Of a stretch of 64,000 nt of DNA, positions 46,298 to 55,145 are shown one piece after another. The notes beneath the pieces are model-generated. The model was not told the origin of the DNA. It saw only the letters and a program-made list of their open reading frames with translations, and ran no database searches. Position 1 is the first letter of the stretch; every line of letters begins with the position of its first letter. The translations under genes were made by a program, and so were the position numbers. Source of the stretch: a virus (Duplodnaviria > Caudoviricetes); the IMG/VR virus record IMGVR_UViG_3300027991_000080, positions 1 through 64,000 of that record; one strand, 5' to 3'.

Positions 46298-47380
46298 GTG
46301 CTTTACCATGTACGACCTGGCGACAGTCCGGCGAGTATCGCGGCACGGGATGACATGGCCGGGTGTCCGAAGTGCGCGATCGATCTGATTCGAGCGAATC
46401 CGCACAAGCCAGTAGTGAGGCACCAGAACGGTTTTGTGACGTTCGCGTCGCTTGTTCCGGGGGAGGTGCTCAAGATCCCCGAGAAGTGGCACAACGGCGA
46501 GCTCGACACGCGCCCTCGCGCATACTTCGCGGCGCTTCCGTACACGGATGGCGTGACACCGTCTTCATTGGGCCTCGCCGCCGCTGGTGTGCTGAATGAC
46601 TACGCCGATCTTGATACGGCAACCATTCTCATCGGCACTCTGGCAACGATCGACGATCCGTCTTTCGTACAGATGGTCCCGGAGGCGACTGCACTCATTG
46701 ACGGATCTGTGGCAACTGCTGACTCGAGCTCGAATCCAGTTGCTGTCGCGCGCGCGAAAGATGTACACGCGGCTACGGCCGCCGCGAGGGCCAGTGCCGC
46801 CGTCATGGCCGCAGCCCTCGCCGCGGGCGACCAATCGGCGGCGATGGGAGCTCGACTCGCTGCGCAGAACTCTCTGTCTGCGGCGATTGGTAGCGTGCGA
46901 TTGGCTTTGCAGGCGGCGTACTCCGGGGAACCCGCAGCAACGATGCCTTCCACTCTTCCCCAGATCCCTCCAGCGGTGCTTGCTGCTGCCCAAGCTGCTG
47001 CAGCAGCGATCAAAACAGATCCGAATTACTGCGCAAATATCGGCAACGCAGGCAGCGCCGTCAACGCTGCCGTGCATGCCTTCAAAACGGCCTGGAACGC
47101 CACTCAGACTCCAAAAATTCCGGTCAACACGGGCAACTACGAACAAGAGACAGCGGAAATTCTGGCGGACGTTCTCGGGGGCGCTCCGTTGCCGTGCGAT
47201 CCGGTCGAGATCACTCCAACTCCGACTGCGCCAAAGCCGCCTCCTTATTCTCCGCCTCCATTCGTGGCATCGAATGCGCCGAGCGGCGAAAAGATCAGCA
47301 CAGGCTCCGTCACTTTGATCGCTCTACTGGCCGCAAGCGCCGCTGGTGGCGCCTACTACCTCGTGAAACAACGCACATGA
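46298..47380 (+). CDS. LysM protein with Ala-rich helix, PG-binding-like segment and C-terminal anchor
   Basis: YHVRPGDSPASIA...LIRANP...PGEVLKIP; AVHAFKTAWN...GNYEQET; GEKISTG+TM+KQR. Confidence 0.8.
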   Translation: MLYHVRPGDSPASIAARDDMAGCPKCAIDLIRANPHKPVVRHQNGFVTFASLVPGEVLKIPEKWHNGELDTRPRAYFAALPYTDGVTPSSLGLAAAGVLNDYADLDTATILIGTLATIDDPSFVQMVPEATALIDGSVATADSSSNPVAVARAKDVHAATAAARASAAVMAAALAAGDQSAAMGARLAAQNSLSAAIGSVRLALQAAYSGEPAATMPSTLPQIPPAVLAAAQAAAAAIKTDPNYCANIGNAGSAVNAAVHAFKTAWNATQTPKIPVNTGNYEQETAEILADVLGGAPLPCDPVEITPTPTAPKPPPYSPPPFVASNAPSGEKISTGSVTLIALLAASAAGGAYYLVKQRT

Positions 47381-48027
47381 TCGACAGACCCATCGACGGA
47401 GTTCAAACAGACCAACGGGTGCACCCTGCCGGAAAGAAGGGGGCTACGGTTTCTCTGCGCGAGGTTGCCGAGCGAGCATGGAAAGCCCGCATGAGTCCGC
47501 GCCTGCGCGCGTGGGTTACTCAGGAGCTCGACAAGGCCAAGATGGTAAACGGAACGCATCGACAAAAGGGTCAGGTGATCCTGGATGCGTTTCGAAAAAA
47601 GGTTCCGTACGTCGCCGATCCTGTGATGGGCGAGTTCATGGCAAAGCCGGAACAGGTACTCTGTCTCGACGAGGGTGGTCTTTGTATCGTCGGAGCAGAC
47701 TGCGACGAAGTGTCAATCACGCTTGCCGCAGCAATGATGTCGATCGGAATCGACGCGATGATCATTGGTTCGAGTCATCGAGAACCCTACGACACGCCGA
47801 CCCACGTGTTCATGGCGTTCAAAGACGAGCTCGACAAATGGGTGAAAATGGACGGCACGACGAAGCTTCCAGCAGGGAAGACTCCTCCTCACATGCGCGA
47901 GTTTTGGTACGAGCCTGGTGAGCAGGCGAAGGACAGCGGTGAGGGGGATTTCGTCGGCATGAGCGGTCCTGGAACTCTCAGCGGACCTCCACAACGATTC
48001 GATCTGCGGTATCCGGGAATACGGTAG
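47377..48027 (+). CDS. transglutaminase-like cysteine enzyme
   Basis: ADCDE (Cys), THVF (His), KMDGT (Asp) triad; YVADP. Confidence 0.8.
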   Translation: MIDRPIDGVQTDQRVHPAGKKGATVSLREVAERAWKARMSPRLRAWVTQELDKAKMVNGTHRQKGQVILDAFRKKVPYVADPVMGEFMAKPEQVLCLDEGGLCIVGADCDEVSITLAAAMMSIGIDAMIIGSSHREPYDTPTHVFMAFKDELDKWVKMDGTTKLPAGKTPPHMREFWYEPGEQAKDSGEGDFVGMSGPGTLSGPPQRFDLRYPGIR

Positions 48028-48414
48028 TAAGGCGATCGTTGTACGATCGTATGTCGCGTGTGTCACACGGTACGTGAATCTTTTGGCCTAATTTTGGCCT
48101 CAATTCACGGTGTAGGTGTATCGCGCCAGATTCTCGTAACTATTTGTTGTTACTTGAGTTTAGTGGCGTATCTGCGCAGTGCTCGAGGCGTATAGCTGTG
48201 CACTATTTCGGGATCTGTCAACGGTCATGCGTTGGGCTTGTATTGACTCGTGAGATCCGAATTTGAAAGGATTGCTAACTGTAACCCCCGTGACATGGGC
48301 CTTTACGACGATCGGTTGGCGGATCTCGAAGAGAAGCGACGCGGAGTTGCTAGCTCGAGGCCACGGAACCAAATGGGGAGTCGTTACGCCCGGGTAATCC
48401 GTCCAGAGGAAAGC

Positions 48415-49740
48415 ATGGCAAAGACCAAAGAAGCTCGCCGCCGCAAGAAGCGCTCCACCAAGAAGTCGAGCAAGGGTCGCCGTCGTCGGCGAGTTCGTGC
48501 TGCAGTCGCAGCTCCTCGGCGTCGCAAGCGGAGGGCGCGCAAGGTTCGCGCCCGTAGGAAGCGGGCAATGGTCATGGAGGCACCGAAGCGTCGTCGTCGG
48601 CGCCGCAAGGTGCGCGCTGTTCAAGCGTGGCACGGAAATCCGGCCGGCCATCGTCGGGCCGCCAAGAAGGGCCACGCGCGTCGTCGTCGCAAGAGCGGTC
48701 GTCGTCGGTCGCGCAGGACGCGCGAGATGCGCGAGACGATGGTGATGGCGCCTCGCCGGCGTCGTCGGCGTCGCAAGATGCGAGCGAGCGTCGTGAAGTC
48801 GTCGCGTCGTCGCCGGAGTCGTCGGATGCGTTCGAGCATCATGCGCGCCGGTCGCGGCGGGTCGATGGGAGCCGCGGAGCTGATGCTGGCGGTGTTCTCC
48901 GGTGGCATCGGGTTCGTGGTCGCGGACGGCGTGGATCGCCTGCTCGCGACGTACAACCCCGCGGGCACCGAAGCGCCGAAGGACAAGTTCACGTCGAGCG
49001 GTGCCGGCACTCTTGCCAACACCCTCAACGTGGCGGCGAAGCCGAACGTCATGCGCATCGGTGCCGGCGTCGGTATGACGGCGGTCCCTGCGTTCGCGTC
49101 GATGTACGTGCGGAACCCGTACATGCGTGCCTCGCTCGAGGGTATCACCGTCGGTGCGGGAGTCTCGCTCTTCAAGACGCTGTGGAACAACCTGCTCATG
49201 CCGCTTCTGTTGCCGAAGGACCAGAGCGTTCCCTCGTTGCAGAAGAACGTGATCGCCCGCCTGTACCCTGCGGAGGTGGCTGCGGCCATCAACCTCAAGC
49301 AGGGCGCGATGTCGGGTCCGGGTGCGCTGTCTGGCGCTCCTCAGCAGCTCGGCATGGGAGCTCCGGACGTTGGTCCGTTCGCGCTCGCTGGCGACTCGCC
49401 GTATCCGGACGCTGCTCAGGCGCTTCGGGCACAGGCCGGCGTGCACGATCAGTTCCCCTCCGTGCAGAACGTTTGGGGAACAGGTGGGCCCGGGAGCGAT
49501 TACCCGACAGCGGCTCAGGTGATCGCGCGCAACGCCGGCATGGCGGGTCCGGCCGGTCACGGCAACCCAGGTCAACCGGGCCTGAGCTGGACGCCTGGCC
49601 CTCCGTCGGACATCGGTCCCGGACCGCAAGCGGCCCCTCACAAGGATCCGTCGTGCGGGTGCATCGGGGAGAACAACCGGTTCCTCGGATTCATCGGCGA
49701 CAAGCAAGAAGAGGATCAGCTCTTCGTGATCAAGAGCTGA
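48415..49740 (+). CDS. protamine-like Arg-rich membrane protein (candidate core/DNA-condensing protein)
   Basis: GAGGA RBS; ~145 aa of poly-Arg blocks followed by hydrophobic Gly-rich helices. Confidence 0.8.
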   Translation: MAKTKEARRRKKRSTKKSSKGRRRRRVRAAVAAPRRRKRRARKVRARRKRAMVMEAPKRRRRRRKVRAVQAWHGNPAGHRRAAKKGHARRRRKSGRRRSRRTREMRETMVMAPRRRRRRRKMRASVVKSSRRRRSRRMRSSIMRAGRGGSMGAAELMLAVFSGGIGFVVADGVDRLLATYNPAGTEAPKDKFTSSGAGTLANTLNVAAKPNVMRIGAGVGMTAVPAFASMYVRNPYMRASLEGITVGAGVSLFKTLWNNLLMPLLLPKDQSVPSLQKNVIARLYPAEVAAAINLKQGAMSGPGALSGAPQQLGMGAPDVGPFALAGDSPYPDAAQALRAQAGVHDQFPSVQNVWGTGGPGSDYPTAAQVIARNAGMAGPAGHGNPGQPGLSWTPGPPSDIGPGPQAAPHKDPSCGCIGENNRFLGFIGDKQEEDQLFVIKS

Positions 49741-49845
49741 TCGACACACAACAATCGCGCCGCGGATAGTCCGCGGCGCAAAGTCAACAAAGAATCGGAA
49801 AAAGCTCGCGGCGGACCAGGAAACGGCGAGCAACGGAGACGGAAC

Positions 49846-51177
49846 ATGGCAGCAATGAGCAAGGTGAAGGAAACGGCGATTCTCGGGAAGCGCAACTCGA
49901 GGTTCGGTGACTCGCGCGACGTGAAGCGCGTTCAGTTCGGTCTCGGTGAGTCGCCGGGAACGGTTGGGGCTGGCGAGAAGTGCTTGCGCTGCTCGTTCGG
50001 CAACATCCCCGTGATCGAAGAGGTCGTGTGGACGATTCCTCTCCCGCTCACGGCGGACGAGGCTCTTTCGACCCTCGGTGACACGGTGAACCTTCTCTCG
50101 GGTTCCTCGAGCGTGCCCGGAGTGGCGTCGATCGACTCGACGTTCCTCATCAACGGCATTCTCCAGACGGACATCCTTGCTCAGGGTATCGGTGTGCACG
50201 TGTTCCATGAGCCGATGAGCTTCTCAACGATCGGCAACTCGTTCGCGGCTCCCGATGCGAGCGCGACTCCCCCTCCGTCTCCGGACGTGTGGACCGACAA
50301 CGATCTGTTCAACGGTGCGCTCGGTGGACAGTTCGCTGGAGCGAGCCCCACCGCGGACACTGCCCCAGCTCCGGCGGTGTTCGAGTTCGGTGTCGACGTC
50401 TGGCGTGCAGGCTGGAACTTCATCAACGCCTACCAGTTCCAGTGGAAGACGTCGCAGCGCGAACTCGTGTTGAACGAGCTCGCTGCAGACGTCTCCTACT
50501 TCGGTTCGTTCGCGGACGCAGAAGCGGCAGGAACGAGCGAGGTAGCGATCGCGGAGTTCGTGGCCGCCGTCAACGCGACGTACCGCTCGAAGGGTTCGAA
50601 TACGGTGTTCCTCCCGGCGAACTTCCGCCGCGTGGGCAGCGTGAACAGCACGTCGGCGACGAGCAACGTCGGCGTGTTCCACCCGACGAGGGACTTCGAC
50701 CTCGCTCCGGTGACCTGGGGTGGTCTCCGGTGGCAGGGGTACGGCTGCCGCGGGCAGATGTATCGGCAGGTCGAGAGCCCGTGCTTCCTCGAGCGCGGGA
50801 TCCCTATCGGCATGCAGTTCATCGTCCAGGACGCCGTGCACCAGGCGCTCATGCTCCAGGCCGTCACGATCAACAACGGCGCGCTCGGTTCGAACGTTTC
50901 TCCGGACGAGAACTTCACCTGCTTCACCCAGGTAGGCGGAGCGGCCGGGCAAGGCGTTCCGACCGCTGGAGCGATCGCTTCCGGCGCGAACAACGTCATG
51001 CTGGAGCAGACTCTCGACGCGACTCCGGTGCTCATCCAGCAGTCGGTCAACCAGTGCCGTCAGATCTACAAGGGCGGCATCCTCAAGCTCGCGATCAAGA
51101 TCAAGGGCTGGGAAATGCCGGGCGGTTGGAAGGCGTGGTGCGAGAGCACCGGCGTCATCGGGCCGTCGAAGGGCTGA
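49846..51177 (+). CDS. candidate major capsid protein (single jelly-roll with insertions)
   Basis: Beta-rich; FLINGILQTDILAQGIGVHV and LKLAIKIKGWE strand patterns; extreme codon bias; followed by a strong terminator. Confidence 0.6.
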   Translation: MAAMSKVKETAILGKRNSRFGDSRDVKRVQFGLGESPGTVGAGEKCLRCSFGNIPVIEEVVWTIPLPLTADEALSTLGDTVNLLSGSSSVPGVASIDSTFLINGILQTDILAQGIGVHVFHEPMSFSTIGNSFAAPDASATPPPSPDVWTDNDLFNGALGGQFAGASPTADTAPAPAVFEFGVDVWRAGWNFINAYQFQWKTSQRELVLNELAADVSYFGSFADAEAAGTSEVAIAEFVAAVNATYRSKGSNTVFLPANFRRVGSVNSTSATSNVGVFHPTRDFDLAPVTWGGLRWQGYGCRGQMYRQVESPCFLERGIPIGMQFIVQDAVHQALMLQAVTINNGALGSNVSPDENFTCFTQVGGAAGQGVPTAGAIASGANNVMLEQTLDATPVLIQQSVNQCRQIYKGGILKLAIKIKGWEMPGGWKAWCESTGVIGPSKG

Positions 51178-51198
51178 TTCGTAGTCCCCCGTAAAGAC

Positions 51199-51242
51199 AC
51201 GAGCGGCGTGGCGGATAGCGTCGCGCCGCTCGTTTCGTTTTC
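51199..51242 (+). terminator. Rho-independent terminator
   Basis: ACGAGCGGCG...CGCCGCTCGT stem followed by TTTCGTTTT. Confidence 0.85.
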
Positions 51243-51266
51243 AGGCATCTAGAAGGAGTTCCGCGC

Positions 51267-51872
51267 ATGCAGCCCCGTGACCACGATGTGAAAAACCTCG
51301 CCCTGTACGCGCCGCGGGTCGCGTACGCAATGGTCGTCGGCGTTCCCCGCGTACCAGTCGTGCTCGACATTCCGATCCAGTTCTCCTCGAGCACCGTCAA
51401 TGCTCCGCCGGTTGTGCAGAGCTTTCAGAACAACCTGACACAGGACACGCTGATCGAGCGCGTCTCGTACGCTCTGTCGCAGCCGAACAGTTTTCCCGGA
51501 TCGCCGTTCCAGAGCCTCTACTTCAACCAGCTCAAGCAGAGCGGGCGCACCGGAATCGGAATTCGAATGGACGTGTACGGCGGTCCAAAATACGCCATCA
51601 ACGATTCGTTCACCGATCTCGGTAACCTCGCCGACGTGTTCGCTGTGACGTGGCCTCAGGGATGGCCGCTCTACAAGCAGAGCAACGTCAAGGTCGCCGC
51701 GATTCTCACCGACACCCCGACTAGCGTTCCGTACAGCGCAACGATCTCGTTTCTCGGGTGGCAGTTCAACGACAAAACGATCGACGACATGTCCGATCAG
51801 GACGCTCGTGCCGCTCTCCGAAAGATCGGGATCGACACGCCCGATCTGATGAACCTGCTCCCGCAGAGATGA
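51267..51872 (+). CDS. candidate small capsid protein (single jelly-roll)
   Basis: Alternating strand patterns LTQDTLIERVSY, WPLYKQSNVKV, ATISFLGWQF. Confidence 0.55.
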   Translation: MQPRDHDVKNLALYAPRVAYAMVVGVPRVPVVLDIPIQFSSSTVNAPPVVQSFQNNLTQDTLIERVSYALSQPNSFPGSPFQSLYFNQLKQSGRTGIGIRMDVYGGPKYAINDSFTDLGNLADVFAVTWPQGWPLYKQSNVKVAAILTDTPTSVPYSATISFLGWQFNDKTIDDMSDQDARAALRKIGIDTPDLMNLLPQR

Positions 51873-51875
51873 TCC

Positions 51876-52763
51876 ATGAGCTCCCGCACCGAAAATGTGA
51901 TCCGGCTGCAGAAGCACCCTGGTGGGGTGGCAGCCGGATTGCGCTCGGTGCTCGACAACGGTCGCGTTGAGCTCATCACGAACGGACCCAACTCCGAGTT
52001 TCAGTTTATCGGAAGCGATCCCTGGAACACGAACGCCTACACGGGCCTAGTGGTTCCTGCTGCCCCGAGCTCTTCAATCGGCGATGCTCGGTATTTGTTC
52101 ATGCTCGCTCGCGCGAGCTTCGGAACTGGCGAGCAGAGTTCTGACAATCTCGGGGTAAGGCTAGTCGGAATCCGCCAGTACGCGGAGCTCGTTGCCCGCA
52201 TCTCGGCAGATGATGATGACGTGTTCGCCAGCGGCCCTCCCACCGGATCGACTGTCACGTTGCGTAAGGAGATCACTTCTCCGCTTTGGCATCCGTTCGA
52301 CGGAGACATCTCGTGGCACGTGATGATCATCAACAAGGTCCAGCGTGACACGCGAAACCCTGCGAACGCGGACGGGTTCATCTACCAGGACGCGCTTTCT
52401 CCGGCGCTGATCTATCAGACTGCCGCTCCGTACGCGCCGCCCAACGGCGGACGTCCGTGGGGCACCCCGCTCGCGGCGTCTCTCGGCAACATTCACGAGC
52501 TCCGGTATCCGTGGCGGACCACCAGGAGTGAGCGCGTTCTCGATATCCCGCTCCCGGTTCCGTGTGACGTTGCGCTCTTCGCGAGCGTACGGCAAAACGA
52601 TCCGACCCTGAACCCGGTATTTGCTGGAGGGGTAACATCGAACCAGCTCGCGTCACTCTCTCCTGAGGATCAGTTCGTAGCGGCATGGCCGGCGTTCGCT
52701 CAGTACGGGACGATCGCTGGAGCGCTCGTGTTCGACCAAAACATCGGAGAAGATGTGCCATGA
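51876..52763 (+). CDS. beta-rich structural protein (penton/minor capsid candidate)
   Basis: VRLVGIRQYAEL, LDIPLPVPCDVALFASVRQ, YGTIAGALVF; follows the two capsid candidates. Confidence 0.5.
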   Translation: MSSRTENVIRLQKHPGGVAAGLRSVLDNGRVELITNGPNSEFQFIGSDPWNTNAYTGLVVPAAPSSSIGDARYLFMLARASFGTGEQSSDNLGVRLVGIRQYAELVARISADDDDVFASGPPTGSTVTLRKEITSPLWHPFDGDISWHVMIINKVQRDTRNPANADGFIYQDALSPALIYQTAAPYAPPNGGRPWGTPLAASLGNIHELRYPWRTTRSERVLDIPLPVPCDVALFASVRQNDPTLNPVFAGGVTSNQLASLSPEDQFVAAWPAFAQYGTIAGALVFDQNIGEDVP

Positions 52764-53011
52764 GTGGAGTGTCCAACGAGGACGGTCGAGACTGGGGCGC
52801 TATGGCGAAAGCCGTAGCCATCCCAACGATCTTCGGCGCTGGCATGGGCGCAGCGATGTCTCTCGTCGCAAAACCTCAGTACCGTAGTCCGATCATCGGA
52901 ACCGGCGCTGCGTTTGGCGCCCTGATGGGCGTTGCATTCGTCGGAAGCACTGGGCTCTTTCAAGAGAGACCGCGCCAGGTTGGCACCAGCGGTTCACTGA
53001 GGTTCCCATGA
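52760..53011 (+). CDS. small two-TM membrane protein
   Basis: Two Gly/Ala-rich hydrophobic helices. Confidence 0.7.
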   Translation: MSGVSNEDGRDWGAMAKAVAIPTIFGAGMGAAMSLVAKPQYRSPIIGTGAAFGALMGVAFVGSTGLFQERPRQVGTSGSLRFP

Positions 53012-53721
53012 CCCCCGCGCAAGCGTACGGACACCCGAGATTCATCGACGACGTTGCGACTCAGGGACCTACTGATGAAGGTCTCCGTCGCGCTGACTGC
53101 ATTCAGCAAGAAAAACTTTCCAGGTACTCAGATTGTTCAAAAGGAGTGATTCCAATGTGGACCCAGCAGGCACTTTCGACCGTTCGTGGGCAGTCAGCCG
53201 GATACGTCGCAGGTGTCGGCGACATGGTCTTGTTTGGCGGAAGAGGCGCACTCGGATTCGCGCTCGAGGCTGCTGGAGATCCGGAAGTCTGGTCGAAGCT
53301 AGGCGCTGCGCAGCAGACGTGGGTCGCAAATACTTTGCGCAAGCTGAACGACAAGATCGTGTCCACGACGGGAAGCAAGTGCCCAACATGGAACCCCGCT
53401 GTCATCACGGCGACGGCCGGATGCTTTCAGGTGTGGTTCAACGCGAACTACGGCGGAAAGCTCACTGACGCGAGCGGAAAACCAGTCATGCTGCGCACGG
53501 ACGGAACCTTCGACCAGCAGACGCTAGACGCGCTCCGTACCGTCGTTGCGACGTTCGGAACCACGGATTTCCCGGATCCGTTTCCGGGCACGTCTCTTCC
53601 GGGAGAGACTGGCACCGGGGAGAAGAAGCTCTCCACCGGCGCCATGATCGGTATCGGGGCAGGGGTCGCAGCTGCAATAGGCGGCGGTCTCTACCTCGCC
53701 ACGCACAAGAAGAAGCGCTGA
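53008..53721 (+). CDS. PG-binding-like protein with C-terminal anchor
   Basis: WFNANY...TDGTFDQQTLDAL; GEKKLSTG+TM+KKKR. Confidence 0.75.
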   Translation: MTPAQAYGHPRFIDDVATQGPTDEGLRRADCIQQEKLSRYSDCSKGVIPMWTQQALSTVRGQSAGYVAGVGDMVLFGGRGALGFALEAAGDPEVWSKLGAAQQTWVANTLRKLNDKIVSTTGSKCPTWNPAVITATAGCFQVWFNANYGGKLTDASGKPVMLRTDGTFDQQTLDALRTVVATFGTTDFPDPFPGTSLPGETGTGEKKLSTGAMIGIGAGVAAAIGGGLYLATHKKKR

Positions 53722-53734
53722 AAGGGAATTTTCG

Positions 53735-55135
53735 ATGACGTTGTTTCCGTATCGCGTTCGGCAGGGGGAGTCGCCGGCAATCATCGGTCGCCGGTTCGGC
53801 GTTTCTTCGGCCGCAATCGTTGCCGCAAATCCGCACAAGCCGACCACGATGGTTGCCGGACAGCGCACCTTCCGATCTCTCGGGGTCGGAGAACAACTGA
53901 GCGTTCCGATCGGTGTCGGCGCAACGGTTCCGATTGCGGATCCGGCTGCTGCTCACGCGACAATCCGCGAGGGTAGCCGAGGACCGGATGTGGCTCTCTG
54001 GCAGACCATCATCGGATCAGGTGTCGACGGGATCTTCGGACCGAACACGACCGCGAAGACGAAGTCCTGGCAGGCAGGACATGGGCTTGCGGCGGACGGC
54101 ATTGTCGGTCCCAAGTCGTGGGCAGCGGCGCTCGGTGGCGCTTTCCCTGCGGCTCCGGCGGCCAGCGCACCGCTTCCCGCGCCGACGGTGACTCCGGTAT
54201 CGTTGCCGTCTCTGCCTTCCGTGAGCGCTCCTGCTGCGGCGATGGCGATCGCCACGATCGACCCGTGCTACTCCGGCAACGTCGACATGATCTGCGCGGC
54301 GCAGCGTGCGCTCGGAATCACGGTCGACGGAAAGTACGGCGCAGACACCGCCGCAGCTATCCGTAAGCTGGTTCCGAATGCACCGGCTGGATGCAGTCCA
54401 CGCCCATCGTGGTGGGCTCCTACCGGGAAGAGCAACTGCGGAGGCGGCGCCGTTCCGTCGTTGCCGGCCCCCACACCGCTCCCCATGCCGTCGCTACCGC
54501 CTCCGGTAGCTACTCCTGTGTCGGTTCCGGCGATGCCTCCAGTGTCGCTCCCGACGTCGCTTCCCGGAGCGGCACCGGTGCCCATCGCTTTGCAAGCGTT
54601 GGCGTCTGCCGATCCGTGCGCTCCGTCCAACTCCGAGCTGGTTTGCGCGGCGCAGCGCGTGCTCGGTGTGACAGTGGACGGGAAATACGGCAACGACACA
54701 GCGAACGCGCTGCGTCATTACGTTCCAAACGCTCCCGCAGGATGCTCCCCACGACCGTCATGGTGGAGTCCCACCGGATCGAGCAACTGTCGAGGAGCGG
54801 CGCCGGCGGTGACGCCATCCGCGCCGAGCGCACCGACGTTCATTCCGACCCCTGCCCCAGCGGCGCCGATGCCGGTTACGTCGCCTGCTGCTGCTCCTGT
54901 CATTCCGGCAGGTCCAGTTCAGCCGACAGTGACCCCTCCCTCTACTTCCGCGTCAATGACAACGACCGGTGACAAGAAGCTGTCTACCGGTGCCATCGTC
55001 GCCGGAGCGCTCGGGGCTGCTGCGCTCGTAGGAGTGATAGCTGTGGCCACTTCCAAGAAGAAGGGCACGCGACACCATTCTGGCGGGACGCATCACGCCA
55101 AGAAGCGAAAGTCCAGCAAGAAAAAGCGAAGGTAG
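53735..55135 (+). CDS. LysM + PG_binding_1 + two Cys-rich repeats, C-terminal anchor
   Basis: YRVRQGES...IVAANP; DVALWQ...VDGIFGPNT...DGIVGPKSW; GDKKLSTG+TM+basic tail. Confidence 0.85.
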   Translation: MTLFPYRVRQGESPAIIGRRFGVSSAAIVAANPHKPTTMVAGQRTFRSLGVGEQLSVPIGVGATVPIADPAAAHATIREGSRGPDVALWQTIIGSGVDGIFGPNTTAKTKSWQAGHGLAADGIVGPKSWAAALGGAFPAAPAASAPLPAPTVTPVSLPSLPSVSAPAAAMAIATIDPCYSGNVDMICAAQRALGITVDGKYGADTAAAIRKLVPNAPAGCSPRPSWWAPTGKSNCGGGAVPSLPAPTPLPMPSLPPPVATPVSVPAMPPVSLPTSLPGAAPVPIALQALASADPCAPSNSELVCAAQRVLGVTVDGKYGNDTANALRHYVPNAPAGCSPRPSWWSPTGSSNCRGAAPAVTPSAPSAPTFIPTPAPAAPMPVTSPAAAPVIPAGPVQPTVTPPSTSASMTTTGDKKLSTGAIVAGALGAAALVGVIAVATSKKKGTRHHSGGTHHAKKRKSSKKKRR

Positions 55136-55145
55136 CGCAATCCTC

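Noticed and set aside
46298-47380. Tape measure protein
   Set aside because: The Ala-rich part is only about 100 aa, flanked by LysM and a C-terminal anchor; no tail genes nearby.
48160-50208. 682-aa minus-strand ORF
   Set aside because: Antisense shadow of two strongly codon-biased plus-strand genes.
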